A stretch of 64,000 nt of DNA. Origin: Mayamaea pseudoterrestris. Lineage: Eukaryota. The DNA lies in assembly GCA_027923505.1 (NCBI GenBank), contig BROI01000001.1, positions 62,001 to 126,000 of the forward strand, given 5' to 3'. The notes under the pieces are model-generated. The model was not told where the DNA came from and ran no database searches. It saw only the letters and a list, made by a program, of their open reading frames with translations. Below, in pieces: positions 49,301-60,569 of this stretch. Position numbers and translations under genes: made by a program. The first letter of the stretch is position 1; each line of letters starts with the position of its first letter.

Positions 49301-51860
49301 GATGGAGCTGGTGTTCCGATTGGCGACTGGTCCCCTCCACTTGTTGGAGCTGGCGTTCCAGTAGTTTGAAGACCTCCAGTTGATGGAGTGGGCGTTCCGA
49401 TTGACGACTGGTCCCCTTCACTTGTCGGTGCTAGAGTGCCAGTCTTTTGTAGACCTCCAGTTGATGGAGCTGGGGTAGCCGTGTTTTGATCATTCCTGCT
49501 TGAAGGACCTGGAGTGCTGCGCATTACCTGATCACCGTTTCCAGATGGAGATGGTGTTGGCATAACAAACACACTTTCGCATGCACAAGCTGCCTTGGTG
49601 GTAAATTTACAAGCCTTCTTTCTCTCTTGGAAATGCTGGTCGCGGCACAACGCATTCGACGCTGAATCTGACGCCGAAAAAGTCTCATCGTAAACGTAAA
49701 TCTCGAGTGCAGCGTATCCACTTTCATCACAGTCAGCTGTAAAGGTCATTTCAGTACTTGGAAGAATGTTTTGCTGGACAACACAACCTGTACTTCCCGC
49801 ATCAGTGAAGACGGCACCAAGTCGCGACAAACTTTTGTCATCAGAAGTCCAAGACTGATTGACGACAAACGAAACTGCAACCTCAGATCGTGAAAGAATT
49901 TTGACGGCTGTTCCATACACTTGACATGAGGAACCAATCTCCATGAAAAGGGGAACATCCTTTCTATCCTTACACTCGAGAGCGCTTGGAGAGCGGACTC
50001 GGGATGGAGCAGCAGTTCTATTCGGCGTCTGCGATCCTTCAGAGGTCGGAGGCGGCGTTCCACCCGGCTGCGATCCTTCAGAGGTCGGAGGCGGTGTTCC
50101 ACCCGGCTGCGATCCTTCAGAGGTCGGAGGCGGCGTTCCACCCGGCTGCGATCCTTCAGAGGTCGGAGGCGGCGTTCCACCCGGCTGCGATCCTTCAGAG
50201 GTCGGAGGCGGCGTTCCACCCGGCTGCGATCCTTCAGAAATTGGAGGCGGCGTTCCACCCGGCTGCGATCCTTCAGAAGTCGGAGGCGGTGTTTTAGTCA
50301 ACTGCGATCCTTCCAAGGTCGGAGGCGGCGTTCCAACCGGCTGCGAGTTTCGAGCAAGAGTCGTGACAGTAGACGCGCAGGCACAAGCTAACGACATACT
50401 GTAGCCACAAGTCGATTTTTGGCTTCCACCAAATCTATGCTTCGAGCAAGCGTCAGGAACCACAGCAGAGTCCTCTTGAAGAGTCCACCCAGTGTACGAA
50501 ACATAAAGTTCAATGTCGGCGTAACCGTCGACACATTCTGCTTCGTAGGTAATGGCCTTGTTCTTCTCGACGTGCATGCTGGCCTTGCAGTCATCCTCCC
50601 CGTCTGCAACAGTCACGACTGTCCACCAACTGAGATGGTCTTCAATCTGCCATGTGTTACTGACTGTAAAAGAGACCTTCTTGTCATCGCGCGCCGTGAC
50701 TTCGATGGGAGCGTCGCCGTAAGCACACGAGCTACCGGCAACTAGATCCAGCGTACCGTCCTTTCGATCCGCGCAGGCAGCGGAAAGAGGCAGCTTCAAG
50801 GTCGGCTTCTCGTCGCCAGCTGGAGCTTGCGTTGGGTCAAGGGTTTGAGACGGCATGGACGAGGCACAGAAACGTGGATCAATCATGTGCCCTAAGCAAG
50901 AAGGAGGAGGAGAAGTCAAAAAATGAAAATAAAGCGGAATATGTGAGACAACGGATTCGCGAAATGCATGCAATGTTTCATCGTTACGAATTACGTACCG
51001 TAGCAGTCGTCTCGGGTGGGCATGTCCGTCCTGCAAACGAGATCAAGGTTTCAACAATTCACAATGAGACTGACATTTGACGAGGCGACTCGCTATGCAC
51101 GACTCTCATGAAAATACGTACGCGATGAATCCTTCAGGGTACTCGTTCAAAAACGAAGAAGGAGCCGGCGTAGGGACTTGCGTCATGACTGGACTTGGCG
51201 TCGGCTTGTTCGTGGCCTCGTTGGAGGCAGAACTCGGCGACGGCGCATCGGCCATGATAATAGTATTTTCACTTTCATTTGTATTGTTATTTTCCTGCAG
51301 ACCGCGATCGGCGGCAGCATTATCTAGCTGGCGGCAATCGGGGGCGTCAGGATCTGTAGTAAAGGTGAAGGAAAGATCAAATGCAAGGTGTGAGAGAGGC
51401 GATGAGATAGGGTGATTCATTACTGCTCCGACTTGATGTCAGACGATCGCCTCACGAAAGGTACAGTCGCTCCTTCACCGAAACATTTCAGGACACGTCA
51501 AATGCGACTCTCATTCCAAATAGCGATACAATAATAGCACTTACGTTCCAAGCATAATTTGACGAGTTCCTTCCAATCCAAACCTTGGGCGGATCGAGAT
51601 CCGGCGGTCGGTGGAAACGGATTGGAAGCAACTGGTGGGCACATGCTTCGTTTGGCAGGGTCATTGTAGTCGCAATCGAGACGACCTTCCTTACGGTTTC
51701 GGTTCAAGTTAAGTCCAAAGTGACTAAAGAACGAAAGCGATTTGCGTTCGAAAACGCCAGGAATCGTCTGGAAAAGCGATGACACGGTCTCACTCAGACC
51801 GGCCTCGGAAGCTTGCGCGCAGAGCGCCAAGAGAACTAGAGAGCGTAGGGGGTGCAACAT
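19303..51860 (-). CDS. Giant secreted mucin-like Pro/Ser/Thr-rich multidomain protein (4 exons, 10,722 aa predicted)
   Basis: Exons on the minus strand: 51860-51545, 51353-51122, 51030-50999 (32 nt), 50891-19303. Introns are GT..AG with matching phases 1, 2, 1. The total is 32,169 nt, in frame, ending in TAG at 19303-19305. Signal-peptide-like N-terminus MLHPLRSLVLLALCAQASEA. The track's start at 51036 lies in an intron. Cys-rich globular domains alternate with PT/PS arrays. No TM segment seen. Confidence 0.88.
24290..31405 (-). repeat. Coding higher-order tandem repeat, unit about 648-684 nt (mostly 672 nt / 224 aa), about 10-11 copies, built on PSxx tetrapeptides
   Basis: The marker GGPSSPPSLEPSSGP recurs near 24.82, 25.50, 26.16, 26.81, 27.48, 28.15, 28.82, 29.50, 30.17 and 30.82 kb. 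Confidence 0.95.
32350..33585 (-). repeat. Coding PSxx array, about two diverged copies of the 672-nt-type unit
   Basis: The same marker peptide occurs near 32.36 and 32.97 kb. Confidence 0.9.
34480..39420 (-). repeat. Coding 636-nt (212 aa) tandem repeat, about 7.7 copies
   Basis: Antisense ORF starts at 34721, 35357, 35993, 36629, 37265, 37901, 38537 and 39173 give an exact 636-nt period. Confidence 0.95.
40330..46700 (-). repeat. Coding PT-rich higher-order repeat, units of 324, 372 or 384 nt, 18 marker copies
   Basis: The marker QPTVEPGNPTASPVT recurs 18 times (antisense ORF ends 40507 to 46666). Unit lengths differ mostly by multiples of 12 nt. Confidence 0.95.
46910..48780 (-). repeat. 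Coding 42-nt minisatellite (GTPAPTSGGTEAYS), about 44 copies
   Basis: Near-perfect 42-nt period. Degenerate GTPAP 14-mers continue to about 49500. Confidence 0.95.
50030..50345 (-). repeat. Coding 39-nt tandem repeat (GTPPPTSEGSQPG), about 8 copies
   Basis: The unit gatccttcagaggtcggaggcggcgttccacccggctgc is repeated on the + strand. Confidence 0.92.
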
Positions 51861-53708
51861 AATAGGACAAAGGACACTTCGATTCGATGTTGAGCATTAG
51901 CCGAGGCTAAAACGAACCAGTTGCGGAAGAGTGATGGTCATGGCCGTCCAGCGCCTCGCCGCGCCCCTTCGCGCGCCTCGGGTTGGAGTCATTTTCGAAA
52001 GGCGTGACTGTTGGGTGATCGTACTTGCACGCCGGCCGCGTCAATTACTTAGACGCTGGTTACAGAGGGCAATGGTTTTATTGGAGATTTTCAGCCAATC
52101 AAGATATTGCAAGTTCGTTGGGCCTGGCTTCTCCGAGCGTTCACTATAGAGCTGACTGTACATGACGATCCCGCGCATGGAGAAACGAGTCTTGAAGGCA
52201 TGCCCGTCGTAAATGACCGTGATCAACAGCTCACACGCGTTGATGGCGAGGTTGAACTTGCACTGCAATAGCCCATGTAGTCGCAGCGGTGATCGACCGA
52301 AGCTGCTGCTGCCATGGCGAAGCACGATGTTTGAAACCATGGAAAAGCGTTTGTATGATACGCCAGCCAGTCTACAGATTTAAAAAAAAAATGGACATGC
52401 TGGAGCATACATAACAGCTGGCGACAAGAGTGAAGCAATCGCTGTAATACTAATTCGTACTGTACAGTGCGAGCGTGGGCAAGAAAGACGACGGAGAGCT
52501 GCATGCGCAATGTGCAGTATGCCTTGATCGACAAGCAAGTCTTTCAGTTGCGAAACCTAGACACGGACATTCTGGGCGAATGGAGATGATTCTCTGTTGA
52601 GTCATCAATGTCATGGAATACTTGTATACGGAAAACATAGTAAAGGACGAACGGCGGACGATTTGACGAGGCAGCAGCTAGGAACGATGGATATTTTTTG
52701 AACGTTTCGTGCCAGTGTTGTACCAGGTACCAGGAGCCGAACGAAGAGCAACAAAATTGTCAAAACTGCGTTACAGTACAGTACGTCAGGTTTGGAAACG
52801 CTGACGCATATGTTGCATACAGCAAGCGCCTTTGGTGTTGTTGAGCAGATACTGGCTTGTAAGGCGATCGAGTCGAATAGTTATCAAATGTTGGCGTTCC
52901 AATGTCTGCAATCACTAAACAATCGGCGCAACGTATCTTTGCGCAAAGGTAAGGACGGCCGAGTTTTGCAAAGTGCTTCAAACGCTACCATTCCTTCGAC
53001 CGCCTTGGTTTCAAATTTTGACGAATCGTTTTGCAAAACGACGTTTTCTGCTGTTCCTATCTGGAAATGCGACTGCACTTTTTGACGAGGCGCTAATAAT
53101 TTCTTTGGCCGTACTGTATGCGACAGTATGGAGCCATGGCATGAAAGCGTAAACTTGAAGATGGGGCAAGCGGTCACCGTTGGTGCGCGGTCAGAAATCT
53201 TTGGCAGATTACGCGCAGTGCAGTCAGTTTGGAGCAATGATTAAGAAACTGTCGTGCGAGTGCACCTTGAGCGCATGTTGTCATTAAAATCATGTGCAAT
53301 GGTTCAAATTATGCTATTCAGATGGCGAGAAATTGAGCGCAGGATGCAAGCCGCACTCGGTCATTCGACGCGAAAGCAACACGTGGCTGCAAACTCTGAA
53401 GACGAAAAACGATGGCGTTAAACTAAAAGCGAAGTTATGCAGCTACCGGCGTATGATCTTTGGACGTTGATGAATTTGCTTGTGGAACCTCCACATTGTG
53501 GTGCTGGAGTGTGTGACGAGTTTGACGAACCACTCGACGTTTTTTAATGCAGTTTGACAATCGCAGGTACCACAGATTTTAGCTTCTGCAAGTTGATTCA
53601 GTTCACTCGTCAATATGATGGTCGAGCTACTCAGCGCTAGAGTAATATGTATAACTAAGAGTCTGTGTTATTGTCGCAATTGACTACTTTACAACTGTAG
53701 CAGACCAT

Positions 53709-54174
53709 TGTTGTTGTTGTTTAACTGGCCTCCAGAAGGGCGAGGCTTGAAGATCGTGAGGTATCGACCTCGCTTCAGCGGCCTTCCCCCTTCCTAGGCT
53801 CTGACGCTTATAGTACTTGTTTTATGTCTATCCTAAACTAACTGATCCCACCATCGTTGCAGGCGGGATGAGCCAGGCGCTCGCCTGGTGTTGGTGCAGA
53901 GATCAAATATAGGCCTGGTAGCGATGTAATCAACGGCGTGGTTGCGGCGACTTTGGATTAACTCCTCCATCGGCAACACGCCAGCGATTTCCAATGCGGG
54001 AATCCTTCCAATGTCCGGAGCATGGAGGAACTGAGGTTCCACGATTCACTACCGTTACTGAACTATAAATGGTCTCTTTACAACACTGTTGTAGGTATAA
54101 ACATTAAACAAGCGATATACTATAGCGTAAATGGCAGGAATTATGGTTGCTCCTGTTGCCACGAGGAGGACCAG
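53709..54174 (-). mobile_element. Short non-LTR (LINE)-derived insertion, 466 bp, with (AAC)n tail and 13-bp target-site duplication
   Basis: Identical direct repeats TGTAGCAGACCAT flank it at 53696-53708 and 54175-54187. The minus-strand 3' end is AAACAACAACAACA. ORF remnant ...LEIAGVLPMEELIQSRRNHAVDYIATRPIFDLCTNTRRAPGSSRLQRWWDQ* (stop 53833-53835) resembles the C-terminus of RTE-like LINE ORFs (recall). A hairpin lies in the 3' UTR at about 53742-53786. Confidence 0.75.
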
Positions 54175-55028
54175 TGTAGCAGACCATATAGTACGAGCTG
54201 TCAGACCGAACGAATTGCTAGCCATGCAAATTAGCTGCCCATGGTACTCGTACTGTAGTTCCCCGTCAATGATCTTGATTAGCCAAGGAAAAAAGGCATC
54301 AAAACTGATAGACAAACTCATACCTCAATGGTCGCCTTCAAGCAACTGTACCCGTCTTTCGTCCCAGGATGGTATCTGACTATACATATACTGTATTACG
54401 TTAGAGACGACTTGGCGCATGCACGTATCGCCCATGATTGTGTCTTCTTTTATTGGTACCGGCGATTCGCGATCGACTGGATCATGACTGGCACTTGACA
54501 GTGTAGACAAGAAAGTTTGACGGAAGCACCCTCCGCACAACCGCTTCGTAGCCAACGAGCAGCATCGCGGCCGACCATCGTTTACTCAAAGTCACGATAA
54601 GGTGTCGTACACAACTTCGCAACCTCGTATGTGCCCCGAAAACCTTTGATTCGGTCGGATGGTACCTGTTCCCGAGCGTCGACATGAGATTGCCGACCGG
54701 AAAGGCTGGACGAAAAACTCGTATTTCTTAGGTAACCTTTTCGAATACCGCGTCTTGCGCGTCGTGAAACGAATACATTGATAGTGAAGAATATCGCCGC
54801 CCGGCAGCGACCGATAGCGCAGAGATTTTGCGCGAAGTGTACCTTGTCCGACATTTTCCGTTAGTTTAACGCCTCGGGCTGCAAAAAGTAGATTGAGATG
54901 GTCAAGGTTCTGTATGCCGATATGCCGCGTCCTCCAGGCAGCTGGATCATCGCCGACTCAAAACATTGAGCGCCATGCCCGATGCGTGTTGCAAGGCAAG
55001 TTAAGCGACAAAGATCTCAAAGAATTTC

Positions 55029-55172
55029 ATGCTGAATATGCTGTCGCGTCATCCAGGTGCAATAATTTCGCCGATTAGAACGTTGAGCGCCATCCCAGAT
55101 ATGCTGAATATGCTGTCGCGTCATCCAGGTGCAATAATTTCGCCAATTTGAACGTTGTGCGCCATCCCAGAC
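55029..55172. repeat. 72-bp tandem duplication (2 copies)
   Basis: Copies at 55029-55100 and 55101-55172 differ at 4 positions. Confidence 0.95.
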
Positions 55173-58100
55173 AGTGTCGCAAACTATTTTCAATACCATT
55201 GCAAGCGAGCACATGTCGGCGTCGATGTTCCCGAGCATATCGGCCATGGGTCTTCCTATGCCACCACATCCTGTCGCTGTTCTGCACGTTTCATTGAGCG
55301 AAAATGAAACAAAATCATTACCAAAAATAAAGCCGTATCAGGTATCATCGTGTCTCTGCTGCTGTAGCAGACCAATCGGTTCGTTCAAAAATGGTTCACA
55401 GCGTCTTGGCAAGTCGCTTGTCCCAATCCCATTTGCATGACTGTACGCCGACTGGCATTACCATGCAATTTCCCTGTCCTATTGTTGATTGCGATGAAGG
55501 GTCGAAGTTTCACAAGATGAAAACTGAACAGAATCGCCCAAGCAGCTTCTATCCTTTTCTCATCGTTAGTCGAGCAAAAGAAAGGTTGACCTGCAGCTCG
55601 TTCACTCTGCTTCCTGCAAACATAGTGAAACGTGTGTTCGAATCGTTGCCGCCGCACCTGCCTCGGCTAGCTTGCCGCAAAAATTACGATGTCTCCGCCA
55701 TGCCTCGAGCTGGTGACAGTCGATGTAGCGCTTGCTTACATTCCGCAAACGTTTCAACATTCGTCGTTTGCAAAGCGCCTTTTGGTGGACAAAAAGTGAG
55801 CGACTCAATGATCAGTTTCCCCAGCGATAAATTATGCCATGATAAAAGCACTTTTCGCAGCTGCTAAGCATCGTGGCAAAACGAACGCTGCCAGACCTGT
55901 GACAATCAGCATTGTAGCATTCCCGGCAGTTGCGAGGCAATGGCGGCACTTAACGAGCTGGCAAAACGCTTCGCGAAGTGGGGTGTAAGGCGAAGACTAA
56001 TTTTTGGAGCACATGACAGCGTGCGACGCTTGCAAGACGGTAAATATACAGTGCGGGCTCTGCGTGCAACGGTGACTGCGCAGCCTCATATCCAAGTTTC
56101 ATTAAGCAGCGAGGCGTCGGCAAGCAAGTGCCAGGGGGCGTAGGGCAGAGTCGATTAGAAGACGCACATGCTGGCGATGGCAAGGCGCGACACGAAACGC
56201 TCCCCCAAAGCAGAATGCTTGTCGACACCGGGCCAACAAAATTAATTTCGGCGATGCCCTGTAGGAGGAACTTGTTGCCAAGATGTTGCTAACTCGATCT
56301 GTTGCGCCAAAGACAGGGCGATATTATGACGTCGAAATGTTGGATGGAACACCGCAAAAGATTCATTATTTATTCGTGGACCATGTTAGCAGAGTTGATG
56401 CAAGTGAGCTCGGCTCATGGGGAAGATATCGCAAAGTTTGGTGCGAGGGATGGAGGTCTCATGCACTTGCGTCAAGTTGTGCTTTTGAAAGGCTTCGTCG
56501 AACATATATATACAGGCGCCGGGCCTCCCACCACTGGCTAATGAATGGGCGCGAGGAACACATCCGAAAATCTGCCAGTCGACTTGTCGCCTCATCAAAC
56601 CTTTTTTCAGAGCATGCCGACGATAATTGGCATGATGATGGCTCCTTGAGCACAGCCGCTATCCGATACCGAGGCATTCGTAACAGTGCTGATACAATAC
56701 TTGACGCCATGGCCGATCGTTTCGTTCCCGAATGTAGGATGCAGTGCGCAAGATCTCGTGAGTGTCCCTGGATTGTGCTAGCTAGACGCGTGAAGCGGCG
56801 AGACTTGGTGTTAAGGAATCGTAAAAAAACCTTTGTCGACAACCGTAAAGCACATGACACACTTTTTAATTCACGCGACAAGCCGATAACTTCCAAAATA
56901 TGTCAGAGCATCAAATTACAGTTGTAGAAAAGAACCACACCTCTTAGAACGATCCGAATCGTCTGACACTTCCAGCACCTTCGCGCGCCTCAAACCAATG
57001 CATAGTATATTGTAGCCATATTGTCTCATAGGACAGGTATCGGATCCAAGTCTTTAAACCCGGTAGTCGGCATCCTTTGTTTGACCATAAGCGCTCGACT
57101 TGAATCGCCGGAGTTATTCTAACATTGATACTGCCAAAGCCGAAACAAGGAAACCTTGCCTTGACGCATTTGTCAAGATCCAACCGGAAGGCACGAGGCG
57201 CCCCTACGATCCGCATTTTATGCGGCTAGTGGCCGTTCGGAACATAAAAATGGCAGACAAGTACTCAAGCTGCGTCCACAAGACACGTTTTCGTATCAGA
57301 GAAAATATCCTTGCGATTTCAGATACTCTCCTACAAGCGTCATCTATCGGCACAAATCACCTCGAGTCATACGTTCAAGTCTTCATTTCAAGCCGTCGTG
57401 GTCCTTGCATTCACAGGCAACGTGGAAAATGCTTTGCATACCTCGTTACGCGTCCGTTCATTATTGCCTAGCGGGCAAGCGTCTTGCAATTCGCATTCAT
57501 CGTTGCCATATTCCGTGTGGGAACTCGACTCCACGCATGCCTTGCTGAATGACTCAATCACTTGCGCAGCAAAGACTTCACACTTTGGTAAATGCGTATT
57601 GAACATATACGCATCGGCCGTCGATATTTTTTTGCTAAATGGGAAACGCGCCTCCTATACTTCGCTGCCTCCGCCCTCGTCCGCCACAACCAATCTTCAG
57701 TGAATTGCTGTCGCAAAGCATCGTTTCTTAAAAGCAATAAGTCAAAAACAATAGCGATTGGGTCATTGATGGGATAGACACCAACTAGCAAAATCGCTTT
57801 TGCAAACTAGCGAAACATCGATATACTTGTCAACCCGACACATGCAGCAGACGCTCTGATTGCGGAATTTAGTTATAACAGTATGATTCAGACTGAGGAG
57901 GCGCGGCGAATTTTACCGGACTCGAAGCAACAGGACGATTCGAAATACGCCGCCTCGATGCCCGTTTGGTTAGCTTCGCCGCTTTGCAAATCACCGTACT
58001 CGGGCCTTCCTTCATCGTACATTTGAATCGATGGCTGACTCGTCCACACCTTGACGCTTGAGAATTTTGCAATGCCATTTCTCTCGCTTTCTGCGCATTC

Positions 58101-60569
58101 GCTTGACCCTTGACTCTAAAAAAAAAATTAATTAGTAAAGTACAGTTCGAACGCTGTGATTACCAATATCCATTGTTTTCCTCGCGCAAGACAACCAAAA
58201 GCTCATTGTCCCCAACCAATCGCAGCAACGTAGATTGCCGCATCCCGAAAAAAAAGCTAGTTGTTGCGTACTTCTTCATTTCCCGTTCCGATTCGAAGCA
58301 ATTATGAGGGCCAGGAGCGAGTAAAGTTGCAATCGACCACGCCCTCGCCCAACCGATAACGATGTTTGCTCAATGAATTTAAAGGTGATCGGGCGTCTTC
58401 GCTTCTTCATTATAGAAGACTAACACAAGTCGCCGCCGCAGCACAAGCCGCCGCTTCCAATCGCAAGTATCTAGCCGTGACAAAAGTTAGGCGTACGCGC
58501 GCGCAAATCAGATGCTGTAGCTCCATTGACTTCAACTCAAACGAGTGTAACGAACATCCGCGTGCTGCTTGCTAGCACCTTGCAGCCGAAAGATTGCGCG
58601 CGCGAGCGTATGCAATGCAAAGAATGCCCATCGCAATTACGTAGACAACCGACCGAAAGGACAGTATGATCTTTGCAGCCGCAAACGTAATCATCGCATG
58701 TCAATTTTCCGAGATATAAACGTTCAAGCATCAAATCAATGAAGCGATTCCAAATGACGCAATGCTGGATCGTTTCACACGCATGGTGACGCGAGCGAGT
58801 ATCAGCTTGCAGCAGTCACAAGGAGGCAGATCGATATGAAATGTTGACGCCAACCCATGGCAGTGAAGATAGGAGAAAGAAAGCTCCCTGGATTCGTCGC
58901 AGCGAAGCACTTTTTGGAAGGAAGACCAAAATAACCTCGTTGAACTAAGTTTCATAATAGCATGAATCGCTTGTATTACGTTCATCCAACGAGTCGGTAT
59001 CAATCCAATCAATGGCAACAAGGGCAATGTCTGATGTTGCAAGGACACGCAACCCTCATTGTCATGCAAAATTTTCGTGCTTGCTCCAAAGCAGAATTCA
59101 TCGTGCGACAGCGTGATGGCGTGGAAGCCAAATTGTGCACCGTTGCTGCTAACTGTAAAGAGCAGTGCGTCACTGCAACAAACATTGCTCATGCCAGCAG
59201 ATTGTCGAGTCGAAATGCATCAAAACTGCGCTCGCAAACCAACTAGTGCTCCCTTTCGACCCAGCAGCACCAGCAGTCTTCTTTTCGCGTTCATTGACTG
59301 GATTCGTTGTTTCGAATTGCGACTGGAATCGTCCTTTTTGACGGAGCAGCAGCAGCAGCAACGATTTCCGTGCGCACTACCGTAGTATAGTCGAAAAGGC
59401 GCAAATCACAAGCAAACGCCGCAAGCGTCGCCGTTGCTGCTGCTGTTGCTTCCAAGACCGTTCTGCATGTTCCGTTTGGATTTTACCATGATGCATGCAT
59501 GCACATTAGCGCGTTGTTGTTGTCTCATTCTCCAAATCGCGCCACCAGTTCATTGTTTCATGGAGCGACTACGTTGCCTGCTACTGCGTTTATTGTTGTC
59601 ATTTACTTGCAAGCCAAACAGGCCAGGCGCCTTGACTGACCAAGTCGCAACATCAAATCGTCAAGATACGGTGGAAAATGTTAAGTGGAATGGGCCAAGG
59701 CCAATCTGCAAAAGGCGCTCTCGGATTGGAAATTTTTTCATATACTCGCTTCAAAGGCTTCCAGTCGTCATTGCTCGGTAAAGACATGACGCTCATGCTA
59801 TATTGATGGTCGGATTTGATCAATTGCTGCCGCAGCGTCGATCATGGTCGTCGTCGAAGGATCGGCAAGCTCGTCTTACCGGTAATGACTTAGACATTGA
59901 TACGCTACTCATCAACGAATCAAAATGCATGTGGCGCGCGCCAGCGCGGTTGCCGTTTCCAAGCACCACTGGAACGGCAACGCGACACGCACGAACCGGA
60001 GCGACGACGACGACGATCACCTTGAAGAGCGCGGCGCGGCCAAGCATTCCCAGCAAGTCAACTTGCCAGATCGTTTGTTTGCTAGTTTGTACCTTCTTCA
60101 CTCACTCATTACTGAAGTTTCTCATTAAGCGAAATTGTCGGGACGACTATCATTTTTGCTGCCTACCCTCCCGCCTGTCCATACATTGCTGCTTCATTGT
60201 CAATCCGGAACTACTACAAGCTCCTTTGGCTCTCATTCATCAAGAAGGATTCGTTCTTTGGCTTATACTACATTGAATAATACGAGCAGAGTGTACTGCA
60301 TGCATTTTGAGCGCTCACGAAACGTTTCGCGCACCTCTGTTACTCGAGCGTCGGCATCCGCCTTTGGAGATTGCATAGCCGACCAACCAATTCCAATGAT
60401 GATACATTCCACCCGGCGCCGACGAACATCAACGACGGAAATGGGCATGAAAAATGAGCCATCAAGTAGTGAAAGCAATGAACCGGTAGCAGCAGCTGCA
60501 GCAGCAGCGTTACCTGCTGGACGAAAGAATTCCATCACGAAACAGTCTCTAAAATTCTCCTTTTTCTCC

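Noticed and set aside
50892..51036. Track start of the 10,577-aa ORF (MQDGHAHP...)
   Set aside because: It begins in an intron acceptor and reads through intron 50892-50998. The spliced model supplies an ATG and signal peptide at 51860.
54130..54174. CCTCCTCGTGG at the 5' end of the retro-element (minus strand), resembling the P3/L3 core of HDV-like ribozymes found in some LINE 5' UTRs
   Set aside because: P3 has a mismatch, I could not find P1, P1.1 or P2 partners, and only a few nt lie between the motif and the TSD. A covariance-model search of full-length family members would settle it.
55362..55374. Third near-copy of the TSD sequence (CTGTAGCAGACCA)
   Set aside because: It has no associated tail, ORF or regular spacing, so I cannot assign a meaning. 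It slightly weakens, but does not overturn, the TSD reading.
56283..56927. 214-aa + strand ORF and other short ORFs at 52-60 kb
   Set aside because: No recognisable motifs, atypical composition (rich in R, S, C) and overlapping ORFs of similar size on both strands. Decayed genes cannot be excluded.
60135..60569. N-terminal 145 codons of the track's 702-aa ORF
   Set aside because: It starts at TTG and is low-information sequence upstream of the signal-like segment. It is probably 5' UTR, although ATG 60396 or 60441 remain possible starts.
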